Shown here piece after piece: positions 30,828-41,466 of a stretch of 64,000 nucleotides of DNA; the first letter of the stretch is position 1; every line of letters starts with the position of its first letter. This DNA is from an uncultured Actinomycetota bacterium (GTDB taxonomy: Bacteria > Actinomycetota > Actinomycetes > Streptosporangiales > Streptosporangiaceae), in contig CAVUUF010000004.1 of the NCBI GenBank assembly GCA_963744575.1, forward strand, positions 52,972 to 116,971. Reading direction: 5' to 3'. The translations under genes and the position numbers were made by a program. The notes beneath the pieces were generated by a model. That model was not told the origin of the DNA. It saw nothing but the letters and a program-made list of their open reading frames with translations, and ran no database searches.

Positions 30828-31286
30828 TCAAGACGACTGGCTGAGCTTCTCCAGGATCGGCACCGCGGCCCGGAGCGTGGCGCGCTCCTCGGCGGTCAGC
30901 TCCGCCAGCCGCCGGGCCAGCCACGCGTCCTTCCGCCGCCGGACCCGCTGGACGAGAGCGCGTCCCTCCTCGGTGACGGTGAGGACGACCTGGCGCCGGT
31001 CCGTCGGGTGCGCCGAGCGGAGCACCAGGTGCCGCTCCTCGAGCACGGCGATGACGCGGGTCATGGACGGGGGCTGCACCTTCTCGTGCTCGGCCAGCTC
31101 GCCCGGGGTCATCGCCTGGTGCACCTCCAGGGCCGAGAGCGCGGCCAGCTGCGTTTCGGACAGCACCGCCTCGGTCATGCCGGACGCGGCGCGCTGCGCC
31201 CGCAGCCGCCGGGCCAGCCTGCTCACGGAGATCCGGAGGGCGGTGGACAGCCCGGCATCAGTCCTGGTCCGCGTAGCTGTCATCAT
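30828..31286 (-). CDS. MarR family transcriptional regulator
   Basis: LSETQLAALSALEVHQAMTPGELAEHEKVQPPSMTRVIAVLEERHLVLRSAHPTDRRQVVLTVTEEG is a typical MarR wHTH. The start is chosen at MMTATR. Confidence 0.85.
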   Translation of the reverse strand: MMTATRTRTDAGLSTALRISVSRLARRLRAQRAASGMTEAVLSETQLAALSALEVHQAMTPGELAEHEKVQPPSMTRVIAVLEERHLVLRSAHPTDRRQVVLTVTEEGRALVQRVRRRKDAWLARRLAELTAEERATLRAAVPILEKLSQSS

Positions 31287-31393
31287 GGCTAACCTTCGTC
31301 GGCCGACCTGGGGCGCAGACTTAAGTACATCACGCTCGCGAGGCCGGTGCAGCCCATGGCGACCGAACAAGCCGGACCTCGTAGCCTGGAGGG

Positions 31394-31786
31394 GTGGACG
31401 GGATGAAGCTGACCGGCGAGCGGGCCGGGCGCCCCCCGCCGCCGCCTCCGCTCGAGGCGGACGACCAGGTGGTGATCCGGGTCGGCATGGCGGGGTGGGC
31501 CATCGCGCTGGTGGTGCTGCTCATCGTCCGCGACAGCCTGCCGGCCGGCCAGCGCTGGTGGATCTGGACCTGCGCCTGCGGCCTGGCGATGGGGCTCTTC
31601 GCGTCCTGGTACGTGCCGAGGCTGAAGCGCGGCCGGGAGCGGGCCGCGGCCGGGCGGGCGGGGCCGAACCGGGACCAGGAGGCGAACCGGGACCAGGCGG
31701 CGAACCAGGCTCAGTCGGCCCCGCGGGACAACGGCTCGAACACGGTTTCCTCGACCGACACCCCGGGCAGCTCGACGAGATCGTAG
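31394..31786 (+). CDS. DUF2530-like small membrane protein
   Basis: PPPLEADDQVVIRVGMAGWAIALVVLLIV...WWIWTCACGLAMGLFASWYV gives two TM helices, and the gene is divergent from marR as in mycobacteria. The 3' tail overlaps the convergent DUF3027 gene by 76 nt, so the true end or start is uncertain. Confidence 0.6.
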   Translation: MDGMKLTGERAGRPPPPPPLEADDQVVIRVGMAGWAIALVVLLIVRDSLPAGQRWWIWTCACGLAMGLFASWYVPRLKRGRERAAAGRAGPNRDQEANRDQAANQAQSAPRDNGSNTVSSTDTPGSSTRS

Positions 31787-32574
31787 CCGAACTCGTCGAT
31801 GACCGGAGCCACCGTGCGCCTGGCCTCCGTAGTGGCCATGGCCTCAGAATGGGCCCCGCAGCCGTGGTCGGCCGAAACGACCCGTCCGTCGTCCGGTGCG
31901 TACGCGTTCGCGCAGGCGCCGAACAACCGGCCGAGCTCCCCGCTGAGCGGGACGAAGAAGCCGCAGCTGACGCAGTGGGCGGGCGCCGCGTGCGCGAGCG
32001 GCGACCGCGGGCCGTGCTCGCTGTCGTACCAGCGCTCGGACGCGGTTTCCCGGCCGGCGGCCGACAGCACGCGCGAACGCCCCGGCGCGGGCAGCTCGGC
32101 CGGCTCCGCCGGGCCGCCGTCTGTGCCGTCGTCGGGATCGTCGTCGAACCAGTCCGTGACGGCGTCATCGCCCTCGAGCGTGACCAGCGGCACCAGCCGC
32201 TCGTCGCCCGGCGGCGCGGGCAGCAGGTCGCCGACGCCGAGGTCGCCCGGCCGCAGCCGGTCCTGCCACGGCACCCAGTCCGGCGCGAGCAGCGCCTTCG
32301 GCCCGGGCAGCAGCACCGTCTCGCTCACGGTCACCGCCTTGGACCTGGGCGCCCGGACCACCGTCACCGCCCAGCGCCAGCCGGCGTAGGCTGGGTCCGC
32401 GCAGTCGAACAGGTGGGTGACGATGCGCTCGCCTTCCGCCTGCAGGCTGAGGTGGTCGCCGACCTGGGCCGCGCCCACGACGGCGACGGCGGCGTCCCGC
32501 GCGGGGCCGACGGCCTCCGCGCAGGCCTGATCCGGCTCTTTGGTTCGGGTGCGGGTGGGACTCACGGCTACCAA
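31711..32574 (-). CDS. DUF3027 domain protein (Rv0883c-like)
   Basis: CVSCGFFVPLSGELGRLFGACANAYAPDDGRVVSADHGCGAHSE is the conserved Cys-rich core of DUF3027. Its synteny with serC and marR also fits. Confidence 0.8.
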   Translation of the reverse strand: MVAVSPTRTRTKEPDQACAEAVGPARDAAVAVVGAAQVGDHLSLQAEGERIVTHLFDCADPAYAGWRWAVTVVRAPRSKAVTVSETVLLPGPKALLAPDWVPWQDRLRPGDLGVGDLLPAPPGDERLVPLVTLEGDDAVTDWFDDDPDDGTDGGPAEPAELPAPGRSRVLSAAGRETASERWYDSEHGPRSPLAHAAPAHCVSCGFFVPLSGELGRLFGACANAYAPDDGRVVSADHGCGAHSEAMATTEARRTVAPVIDEFGYDLVELPGVSVEETVFEPLSRGAD

Positions 32575-32667
32575 TCTCGCTTATCACGCACAATGCATGT
32601 GCGGCTACCCGCCGTACAAGGCGACGGCTGGGTCGCCGCACTGGCCGTGACCAAGAATACTGGTTAC

Positions 32668-34236
32668 ATGCGGCTGTCCGAGGCGATGCGGCGAACCGGG
32701 AGCGCGGCCCGCGCCACCGGCGGCGCGGTCCGGTCCGGCGCGCGGGCCGGAGCCAGCGCCGGCCGCCGGACCGGCGGCATCGTACACCACGTGACCGGCG
32801 CGTCCGGAGCCGGCCGTACCGGCCTGTCCACGCTCATCGAACTGACCGCGGCCGGCGGCGCCGGCGACGCGTTCGTCGCCGTGTCGCTGGCCGGAACGAT
32901 CTTCTTCAGCACGTCGCTGGACCAGGCGCGCGGCCGGGTGGTGCTCTTCCTGCTGGTGACGATGGCGCCGTTTGCGGTTCTCGCGCCGTTCATCGGGCCG
33001 GCCCTGGACCGCATGCAGCAGGGCCGGCGCTACCTGCTGGCCGGCACCCTGCTGGCCCGCGGCCTGCTCTGCTGGGGAATGTCGGCCGCCATCAACAACC
33101 CGGTGACGCTGCTGCCCGCGGCGTTCGGCATCCTGGTGCTGCAGAAGTCGTACGGCGTGGTGCGCGCGTCGGTCACGCCGCGCCTGCTGCCCGCGGAGAT
33201 CACCCTGGTGACCGCGAACGCACGGTCCCAGCTCATCACGCTGACCGCCTCCCTGCTCGGCGGGGCGCTGGCGGCCGGGATCCAGGTCGCGGCCGGGGCC
33301 GCCTGGGTGCTCCGGGCGGGCACGCTGATCTACCTCGCCGCGATGATCCTCGCGCTGCGGCTCCCGGACCAGGTGGACGTGCCGCCGGCGCCGGCCGCGA
33401 CACCGCCGGCGGCCGCACCCCCGCCGCCCGGTTATATCCCGAACGGGCGGGGTCGCTCGCCTCGCCAACCCGGTTCCGATACCTGGGCGGACGATCCCCG
33501 GCGGGACGGCCGCACCCGGCCGTACGAGCCCGCCGCCCTGCCGCCAGGCGCCTCGACTGCGCCGGCCGGCACCGCCGGAAACGGCAAGGCCCGGGGGCGG
33601 CGGGGCCTGGCCAACGTGGGCCCGGTGGTGAGCGAGGCGATGCAGGGCAACGCGGTGCTCCGCGCGTTCTCCGGCTACATGGTCTTCTTCCTGGCGTTCT
33701 ACCTGCGCAGCGAGGCCTTCAGCAGCAGTTCGCACAACCACAACCTCGCGCTGGGCGCCCTGGTGGCCGCGGCGGCGGTCGGCGGGCTGGCCGCGATGGC
33801 GATCGGGTCCCTGATCCGCGCCCGGGCCCCGGTGCTCATCCTGTTCGCCATGCTCACCCTGGCTCCGATCGTGACCGCCGTCTGCGCCTGGTTCTTCAGC
33901 CTGGCCGCGGCCATCACGGTGGCGTGCACCGCAGCGCTGGCGGCCGGCCTGGCCAAGCTGTCCCTCGACTCCACGGTGCAACGCGAGATCGGCGAGGAGA
34001 TCCGGTCGTCGGCGTTCGCGGTCTCCGAGACGCTGAACCAGGTGGCGAACGTCGCGGGCAGCCTGGCCGGCGTGCTGGTCTCGATACTGGACAATGGCCA
34101 GGCCGGCCTGGCCATCGCCGCCGCCGGCCTGACCGCGGCGCTGATCATCCTGGTCGGCCGGCGCCGGCGGCGCGTCCTGGCCCGGCGCGAGGAAACCGTG
34201 CCGGTCCGGCCCCGGCCGCATCCGCATCCGCGCTAG
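32668..34236 (+). CDS. MFS-type polytopic membrane protein (Rv0876c-like) with a Pro-rich central loop
   Basis: The ATG at 32668 lies within the composite ORF 30877..34236. There are multiple TM helices (FVAVSLAGTIFF, VVLFLLVTMAPFAVLAPFIGP) and a central loop of about 90 aa rich in P/A/G/R. Confidence 0.7.
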   Translation: MRLSEAMRRTGSAARATGGAVRSGARAGASAGRRTGGIVHHVTGASGAGRTGLSTLIELTAAGGAGDAFVAVSLAGTIFFSTSLDQARGRVVLFLLVTMAPFAVLAPFIGPALDRMQQGRRYLLAGTLLARGLLCWGMSAAINNPVTLLPAAFGILVLQKSYGVVRASVTPRLLPAEITLVTANARSQLITLTASLLGGALAAGIQVAAGAAWVLRAGTLIYLAAMILALRLPDQVDVPPAPAATPPAAAPPPPGYIPNGRGRSPRQPGSDTWADDPRRDGRTRPYEPAALPPGASTAPAGTAGNGKARGRRGLANVGPVVSEAMQGNAVLRAFSGYMVFFLAFYLRSEAFSSSSHNHNLALGALVAAAAVGGLAAMAIGSLIRARAPVLILFAMLTLAPIVTAVCAWFFSLAAAITVACTAALAAGLAKLSLDSTVQREIGEEIRSSAFAVSETLNQVANVAGSLAGVLVSILDNGQAGLAIAAAGLTAALIILVGRRRRRVLARREETVPVRPRPHPHPR

Positions 34237-34256
34237 CGGGTCACGCCGGTGCCGCC

Positions 34257-34655
34257 TCAGGGCTCGATGTTGTCGGCGACGGCGCGAAGCATGGCGGCGA
34301 TCCGCTTCGCGTGGTTACTGTCCGGGTGCTTGTTCCTGCGGTAGGTCGTCGACACGTCGTCGAGGTACTTGATCAGGTCCTCGACCATCACGATCATCTC
34401 GTCCGGCTTCTTGCGGGCCTGCGCCTGCTTGGCCGCGACGCTCGGCGGGGGCTCCAGGAGCCGCACCTTGAGCGCCTGCGTCCCGCGGCGTCCCTCGGCG
34501 ATGTCGAACTCCACCCGCTGCCCCTTCAGCAGCGCGGTCGTCCCGGGAGGGAGCGCCGAAGCATGCACGTAGACCTCGCCGCCGTCATCGCGCGCGAGGA
34601 AACCGAACTTCTTGTCGGCGTCGTAGAACTTGACCTTGCCGGTAGGCACGCTCAC
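34257..34655 (-). CDS. Cold-shock-domain protein with C-terminal extension (CspB-like)
   Basis: VSVPTGKVKFYDADKKFGFLARDDGGEVYVHASAL carries the CSD RNP motifs, followed by a C-terminal helical domain of about 65 aa. A GTG start at 34655 is assumed. Confidence 0.8.
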   Translation of the reverse strand: MSVPTGKVKFYDADKKFGFLARDDGGEVYVHASALPPGTTALLKGQRVEFDIAEGRRGTQALKVRLLEPPPSVAAKQAQARKKPDEMIVMVEDLIKYLDDVSTTYRRNKHPDSNHAKRIAAMLRAVADNIEP

Positions 34656-34775
34656 TGACCTCACGTCGAAGAGAACTAACAACAACCAGCGATCAGGCGA
34701 CCGGCAGGATGCTATGGGCATTTCTAAGGCTATCGGTCCGGGCCGCCGGATCGCAGCTTCGTTATGGCCGGAAAG

Positions 34776-34810
34776 CCAGACGGCCCGGGGCCAGGCCCCG
34801 GGCCGTCTGG
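34776..34810 (-). terminator. Strong hairpin 19 nt downstream of the groEL2 stop
   Basis: CCAGACGGCCCGGGG-ccagg-CCCCGGGCCGTCTGG, with perfect 15-bp arms. On the minus strand it is followed by CUUUCC. Confidence 0.65.
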
Positions 34811-34828
34811 GTGACGCGACTCCCCGGA

Positions 34829-36550
<1,722 letters not shown>

Positions 36551-36574
36551 TCATCGCCCGATCCCGCCATCATG

Positions 36575-36601
36575 CTGGCACTCGCATATGGAGAGTGCCA
36601 G
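36575..36601. promoter_or_regulatory. CIRCE-like HrcA operator (proximal)
   Basis: CTGGCACTC-N9-GAGTGCCAG compared with the consensus TTAGCACTC-N9-GAGTGCTAA. It lies about 120 nt upstream of the groEL start. Confidence 0.75.
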
Positions 36602-36609
36602 CACCATGT

Positions 36610-36636
36610 TTAGCACTCTCCTAGTGAGAGTGCAAA
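36610..36636. promoter_or_regulatory. CIRCE HrcA operator (distal)
   Basis: TTAGCACTC-tcctagtga-GAGTGCAAA, a near-perfect CIRCE consensus. Confidence 0.85.
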
Positions 36637-36767
36637 CGCCCGGCCGCCTGGGCCCGCGGCTGGCGCCTGGCGCGGTCCCCGCCGCATCATCGGGTGTCAG
36701 AACCCGCGGGAAACGGGGAGGAACCGGACACGCCGATACGGACCTCGCGAGCCGGGAGAATCAGATC

Positions 36768-36791
36768 GGCCCGGCCCCGGGGGGCCGGGCC
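36768..36791 (-). terminator. GC-rich hairpin downstream of cspA
   Basis: GGCCCGGCCCC-gg-GGGGCCGGGCC. It lies 58 nt past the cspA stop and is preceded by a second hairpin, GGTCCCG..CGGGACC. The U-tract is weak. Confidence 0.4.
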
Positions 36792-36848
36792 GGCCAGCAG
36801 AACCCGGCAGATCTGCGGTCCCGCGCGAACCCGGGACCACGGGCGGAC

Positions 36849-37052
36849 TTAAGAGACCACGACCACCTTGTCGGCCTGCGCGCCGCGGTCGCTCTGCGTG
36901 ATCTCGAACTCGACCCGCTGGCCCTCTTCGAGGGTGCGGTATCCGTCCGACTGGATCGCCGAGAAGTGGACGAACACGTCCTTGCCACCGTCGACGGCAA
37001 TAAAGCCGTATCCCTTGTCCGGGTTGAACCACTTGACGGTGCCCTGAGCCAT
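36849..37052 (-). CDS. cspA: Cold shock protein CspA family (67 aa)
   Basis: [67 protein letters not shown]. The ORF upstream of this Met is non-coding 5' leader. Confidence 0.95.
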   Translation of the reverse strand: MAQGTVKWFNPDKGYGFIAVDGGKDVFVHFSAIQSDGYRTLEEGQRVEFEITQSDRGAQADKVVVVS

Positions 37053-37230
37053 TCCAAACAACTCCCTAACTGCGCTCGGGCTTCGAGCCCCGCCCCTTGC
37101 AACCGCGGAACTCGTCGATCGCGAACCGGTGAGAACGGCTGAGCGCACCCGCGCGTACCCCGTCCGTCCGACGGCGACCGGAATTGACCTTACCTCGTAC
37201 TGGGAGTGCACGTCGCCAGTTACCCCGCAA

Positions 37231-37542
37231 TCACGTCATCTGGCCTACATTCCCTTCCGTCCCGGGCGCCCCGCCAGCCACGGCGGGAATCACGGAAACC
37301 CGCTCGCCCGCCGGCACCCGGGTGTCGAGTCCCTGCGTGAAGCGCACGTCCTCGTCGCCCACGTAGACGTTGACGAACCGGCGCAGCTTGCCGCCGTCGT
37401 CGATGATCCGGCCGCCCAGGCCCGGGTAGGCGGCGTCCAGCCCGGCGATGACCTCGCGGAGGGTCCCCTCGGACGCGGTCACCTCCGCCGCGCCGCCGGT
37501 ATAGGACCGCAGGATGGTGGGAATGCGCACCCGCACTGTCAC
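37231..37542 (-). CDS. MoaD/ThiS/CysO-family sulfur-carrier protein with a 12-aa extension after the GG motif
   Basis: GTG start. [17 protein letters not shown]...[14 protein letters not shown]...[13 protein letters not shown] is the ubiquitin-like sulfur-carrier pattern. It is then followed by [12 protein letters not shown]-stop. Confidence 0.8.
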   Translation of the reverse strand: MTVRVRIPTILRSYTGGAAEVTASEGTLREVIAGLDAAYPGLGGRIIDDGGKLRRFVNVYVGDEDVRFTQGLDTRVPAGERVSVIPAVAGGAPGTEGNVGQMT

Positions 37543-37573
37543 GACATTGCCTCTCTGCCCGGCCCGGTTCCGC

Positions 37574-38842
37574 TCAGGCCGATTCCGGATAACGCTCGGT
37601 GAAAGCCTCGACGGTCGCCTTGATCGGGGCCGGCACGTCCACGGCCGCCAGGACCGCGTCGAGGGTCTTCAGCCCGTCACCCGAGTTGATGATCACGGTC
37701 TCGGCCTCCGGGTCCAGCTGGCCGCCGGAGATCAGGTTGCGCAGCACGCCCAGGGTGACGCCGCCCGCGGTCTCGCCGAAGATGCCCTCGGTGGCGGCGA
37801 GCAGCCGGATGCCGTCGACGATCTCGTCGTCGCTCACGTCGGCGATCGCCCCGCCGGTGCGCCGCACCACGTCCAGCACGTAGGGCCCGTCGGCCGGGTT
37901 GCCGATGGCCAGCGACTTGGCGATGGTGGACGGCCGGACCGGGCGCACCACGTCGTGACCGGCGGCGAAGGCGGCCGACACCGGCGCGCACCCGCTCGCC
38001 TGCGCGCCGAACACCCGCCACGGCGTCTCGGGCACCAGGCCGAGCGAGGTCAGCTCGGCGAAGCCCTTGTCCACCTTGACCAGCTGCGCGCCCGAGGCGA
38101 TCGGCACCACCACCTGCTCGGGCAGCCGCCAGCCGAGCTGCTCGGCGATCTCGAAGCCGAGCGTCTTGGACCCCTCGGCGTAGTAGGGCCGCACGTTGAC
38201 GTTGACGAAGGCCCAGTCCGGGTGCTCGCCCGCGAGCTCAGAGGCCAGCCGGTTCACGTCGTCGTAGGTACCGTCCACGGTGATGAACGTGCCGCCGTAG
38301 ACCGAGGTGGTGATGATCTTCTGCTGCTCCAGGTCGGCGGGAACCATGACCACGGAGCGGACGCCGGCCCGGGCGGCCGCGGCGGCCACCGCGTTGGCCA
38401 GGTTGCCGGTGGACGGGCAGGCGAGCACCTTGAAGCCCATCTCGGTGGCGGCGGCCAGGGCCACCGCCACCACCCGGTCCTTGAACGAGTGCGTCGGGTT
38501 GCCCCGGTCGTCCTTGATCCACAGGCGGCGCATGCCCAGCGCGTGGGCCAGGCTGTCGGCGCGGATCAGCCTGGTGTAGCCGGGCTCGGTGGTGGGCCGT
38601 CCGGCGATGTCGGGCGGGACCGGGAGCAACGGCGCGTACCGCCACATGTTCGGCGGGCCCGCCTGGATGTCCTCCCGGGTCAGGCTCGGGTAGTCGTAGC
38701 GGACCTCCAGCGGCCCGAAACACTCCTCGCAGGCGTAGTGCGGGCCGAGCGGGTACACCTGGCCGCATTCGCGGCAGGACAGCCCGGTGGCGTAGCCGAA
38801 CCCGGAAGCTGCGGAAGACGTGCGTGTCGTTGCTGTGGTCAC
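37574..38842 (-). CDS. Threonine synthase-family PLP enzyme with N-terminal Zn-ribbon (possible sulfur-carrier-dependent homocysteine synthase)
   Basis: CRECGQVYPLGPHYACEECFGPLEV Zn-ribbon, and HSFKDRVVAV carrying the PLP lysine. GTG 38842 follows a GAAAGGAAG RBS. The upstream part of the ORF (to 38914) lies inside the riboswitch. Confidence 0.8.
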   Translation of the reverse strand: MTTATTRTSSAASGFGYATGLSCRECGQVYPLGPHYACEECFGPLEVRYDYPSLTREDIQAGPPNMWRYAPLLPVPPDIAGRPTTEPGYTRLIRADSLAHALGMRRLWIKDDRGNPTHSFKDRVVAVALAAATEMGFKVLACPSTGNLANAVAAAAARAGVRSVVMVPADLEQQKIITTSVYGGTFITVDGTYDDVNRLASELAGEHPDWAFVNVNVRPYYAEGSKTLGFEIAEQLGWRLPEQVVVPIASGAQLVKVDKGFAELTSLGLVPETPWRVFGAQASGCAPVSAAFAAGHDVVRPVRPSTIAKSLAIGNPADGPYVLDVVRRTGGAIADVSDDEIVDGIRLLAATEGIFGETAGGVTLGVLRNLISGGQLDPEAETVIINSGDGLKTLDAVLAAVDVPAPIKATVEAFTERYPESA

Positions 38843-38857
38843 CGGCGAGGACTTCCT

Positions 38858-39000
38858 TTCCCCATCTTTCCCAGCGGTCACCCTGACCGCGGGCCGGACT
38901 TGGCACCATGCCACGCGCCTCGCCGTTCACGACCGGCATGCATGCGCGCTAGGTTGCCGGGGCTTCACCGGGCCGATCCCTCCACCCCTCTGGATGAGCG
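38858..39000 (-). promoter_or_regulatory. SAM-I (S-box) riboswitch
   Basis: The minus-strand RNA reads CUCAUCCAGAGGGGUGGAGGGAUCGGCCCGGUGAAGCCCCGGCAACC...CAUGGUGCCAAGUCCGGCCCGCGGUCAGGGUGACCGCUGGGAAAGAUGGGG. It matches the S-box core almost position by position (compare B. subtilis yitJ). The 3' strand of P1 abuts the RBS. Confidence 0.85.
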
Positions 39001-39096
39001 TTGTTCAGTTGTACTCAAACGGGTCAAGAATACCTGAGCGGTCGCCCCCTGCACCGCATGGGGATACTGCGAAGAAGGTGCACTAGCCTGCCGGAC

Positions 39097-40629
39097 ATGA
39101 AGCAGCGAGTGCTGGTGGCGTCCAACCGCGGCCCGGTTTCCTACCAGTTCGGCGCCGACGGCTCGCTGACCGGCCGGCGGGGCGGCGGCGGCATGATCGC
39201 CGGGGTGACGGCGGGGCTGGCGGCGCTGGGCCCGGAGGCCAGCGTCACCTGGATCTGCGCCGCGCTCAGCGACGCGGACCGCGCGGCCGCGCAGCAGCAC
39301 CGTGCCGCCGCCGGGAGCGAGGATCAGCGGGGCGGCATCCCGGTGCGGATGCTCGACATCCCGGGCGACATCTTCGACCGCGCCTACAACAACGTGGCCA
39401 ACTCGGCGCTGTGGTTCGTGCACCACATGCTCTTCGACACGCCGAACCAGCCGAGGTTCAACCACGGCTTCCGCCGCGACTGGGCCGCGTACCTGGCCTA
39501 CAACGAGGCGTTCGCCGACGCGGTGGCCGAAGAGGCCCGGTCCGGGGAGGCCGCCCGCGAGCAGCCGCCGTCCGGCGGCCTGCGGGTGCTGATCCAGGAC
39601 TACCACCTGTGCCTGGCCCCGCGGCTGGTGCGGGAGCGGCTCCGTCATCAGCTGGGGGACGCGGCCAGGGACGCGGGCATCGGGCACTTCTGCCATACAC
39701 CCTGGGCGCCGCCGGACTACTACCGGATGCTCCCCGAGCAGGTGGGCCGGGCGCTGCTGGACGGCATGCTCGGCGCGGACCGGGCCGGCTTCCACGCCGA
39801 GCGGTGGGCCGCCGCGTTCATGGACTGCTGCGCCGGCCTGCTCGGCGCGGACGTGGACCGGACCGGCCTGCCGCCCGGCCAGGACCGGGGACCGGTGGGG
39901 CGGGTGACCTACCGGGGCGCGGTCACCGAGGTATGCGTCCACCCGCTCGGCGTGGACGCCGTCGAGCTGCGGGCGCGCGCCCGGGCCGGGGACGTGCAGG
40001 CCCACGTGGACACGCTGCGCCGGGCGGCGGGCGGCCGCAAGCTCATCGTCCGGGTCGACCGGACCGAGCTGTCCAAGAACATCGTGCGCGGCCTGGCCGC
40101 CTACCGCGAGCTGCTCGCGACCCGTCCGCAGTGGCGCGGCCGGGTCGTGCACCTGGCCTTCGCCTACCCGTCCCGGTCGGCCCTGGCGGAATACCGCGCC
40201 TACACCGACCGGGTGCGGCAGCTCGCCCGCCAGATCACCGAGGAGTTCGGCACCGCGGACTGGGACCCGCTGATCCTGGAGGTCAGAGACGACTACCCGC
40301 GGTCGCTGGCCGCCTGCGCGGTGGCCGACGTGCTGCTGGTGAACCCGATCAGGGACGGCATGAACCTGGTCGCGCAGGAGGGCGCGGTGCTCTGCGAGCG
40401 CGGCTGCGCGCTGGTGCTGTCCCGCGAGGCCGGCGCGGCGGCCACGCTCGCCGCCGACGCGCTGCTCATCAACCCCTACGACGTCACCGAGACGGCCGGG
40501 GCCCTGCACCAGGCGCTGAGCATGCCGGACGCCGAGCGCCGGCACCGCGGCGCCGCGCTGGCCGCGATCGCCGCCGCGGACCCGCCCGCGCGCTGGCTGG
40601 GCGACCAGCTCGCCGGGCTCGGGTCCTGA
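39097..40629 (+). CDS. otsA: Alpha,alpha-trehalose-phosphate synthase (GT20)
   Basis: MKQRVLVASNRGPVSY, NSALWFVHH, IQDYHL and VNPIRDGMNLVAQE are OtsA motifs. The start is at ATG 39097 within ORF 39001... Confidence 0.9.
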   Translation: MKQRVLVASNRGPVSYQFGADGSLTGRRGGGGMIAGVTAGLAALGPEASVTWICAALSDADRAAAQQHRAAAGSEDQRGGIPVRMLDIPGDIFDRAYNNVANSALWFVHHMLFDTPNQPRFNHGFRRDWAAYLAYNEAFADAVAEEARSGEAAREQPPSGGLRVLIQDYHLCLAPRLVRERLRHQLGDAARDAGIGHFCHTPWAPPDYYRMLPEQVGRALLDGMLGADRAGFHAERWAAAFMDCCAGLLGADVDRTGLPPGQDRGPVGRVTYRGAVTEVCVHPLGVDAVELRARARAGDVQAHVDTLRRAAGGRKLIVRVDRTELSKNIVRGLAAYRELLATRPQWRGRVVHLAFAYPSRSALAEYRAYTDRVRQLARQITEEFGTADWDPLILEVRDDYPRSLAACAVADVLLVNPIRDGMNLVAQEGAVLCERGCALVLSREAGAAATLAADALLINPYDVTETAGALHQALSMPDAERRHRGAALAAIAAADPPARWLGDQLAGLGS

Positions 40630-40653
40630 CCGGGGCGTGCCTAACCGGCCGGG

Positions 40654-41466
40654 CTCTAGCCGGCGGGCGATCCCCTCGAGCAGCGCCACGATCCCGTCGG
40701 GTCCCGGCACCACCAGGTCGGCCACGTCGGCGACCTGGGGGGACTCGGCGCTGGCGCTGGCCACGGCGCAGCCGGGGATGCCGCCGGCGCGCAGCGCGCG
40801 GACCGCGGCGAAGGCCGGCAGGTCACCGAGGTCGTCGCCGCAGAACAGAACCGAACGCGCCGCCCGCTCGCGGGCCAGCCCGGTCAGCGCGGCGCCCTTG
40901 TCCACCCCCGGCGGGCGCAGCTCGATGACGTAGCGGCCGGGTTCGGCGGCCAGCCCGAGGCCGTCCGCGAGCTGGCCGAGCGGGTCGCGGAGCCGGTCCA
41001 GCGCCGCGTCCGGATCGGCCGTGCCGCGGGTGTGCACGGCCACCGCGTGCGCCTTGTCCTCGACCCGGGTGCCGTCGGGGGCGCCCGCCGCCTGCAGCAC
41101 GCCGGGCAGCGCGTCCCGCGCGGCCGCCACGGCCGGCGGGGTTTCGGCCGAGGTCAGCTGGCCGTCGCGCCACCGCTGCCAGCCGTAGTGGCCGATCACG
41201 ACCAGGCCGGGGACGGCGGCGAGGCCGCCCAGGGCGACCGCCTCCGCCGCGGGCCGGCCGGTGATGACCGCGACCGTGCCCACCGCCCCGGCCAGGGCGG
41301 TCAGCGCGGGCACCGCGCCGGGGTGGGCCCGCGCGTCGCCCGGCCGGTCCACGATGGGCGCCAGCGTGCCGTCGAAGTCCGCGGCGAGCAGCGCGTGCCG
41401 CGGGTCGGCCAGCAGCGCGTCCAGGCCGGCCTGCCCCTCGGCGGTGGCCGGGCGAGGCAGCGTCAT
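40654..41466 (-). CDS. otsB: Trehalose-phosphatase (HAD) - homologous part only; the ORF has no stop until 38965
   Basis: LLAADFDGTLAPIV (DxDGT motif), VITGR and FCGDDLGDLPAF. Homology ends at ...LLEGIARRLE (about 271 aa), but the frame stays open antisense through all of otsA. Out-of-frame TAG codons occur at 40656-40658 and 40641-40643. Confidence 0.75.

Noticed and set aside
31711-31786. The 76-nt convergent overlap of the DUF2530 and DUF3027 genes, considered as a possible antisense regulatory arrangement.
   Set aside because: The DUF2530 tail here is low-complexity, and the family is usually shorter. The overlap is more likely an over-extended ORF or yet another lost stop.
30877-34236. 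A 1119-aa ORF spanning the marR, DUF2530 and DUF3027 region and the MFS-like gene.
   Set aside because: Only the last 522 codons or so (from ATG 32668) look like a membrane protein. The upstream part is antisense to, or out of frame with, three well-supported genes.
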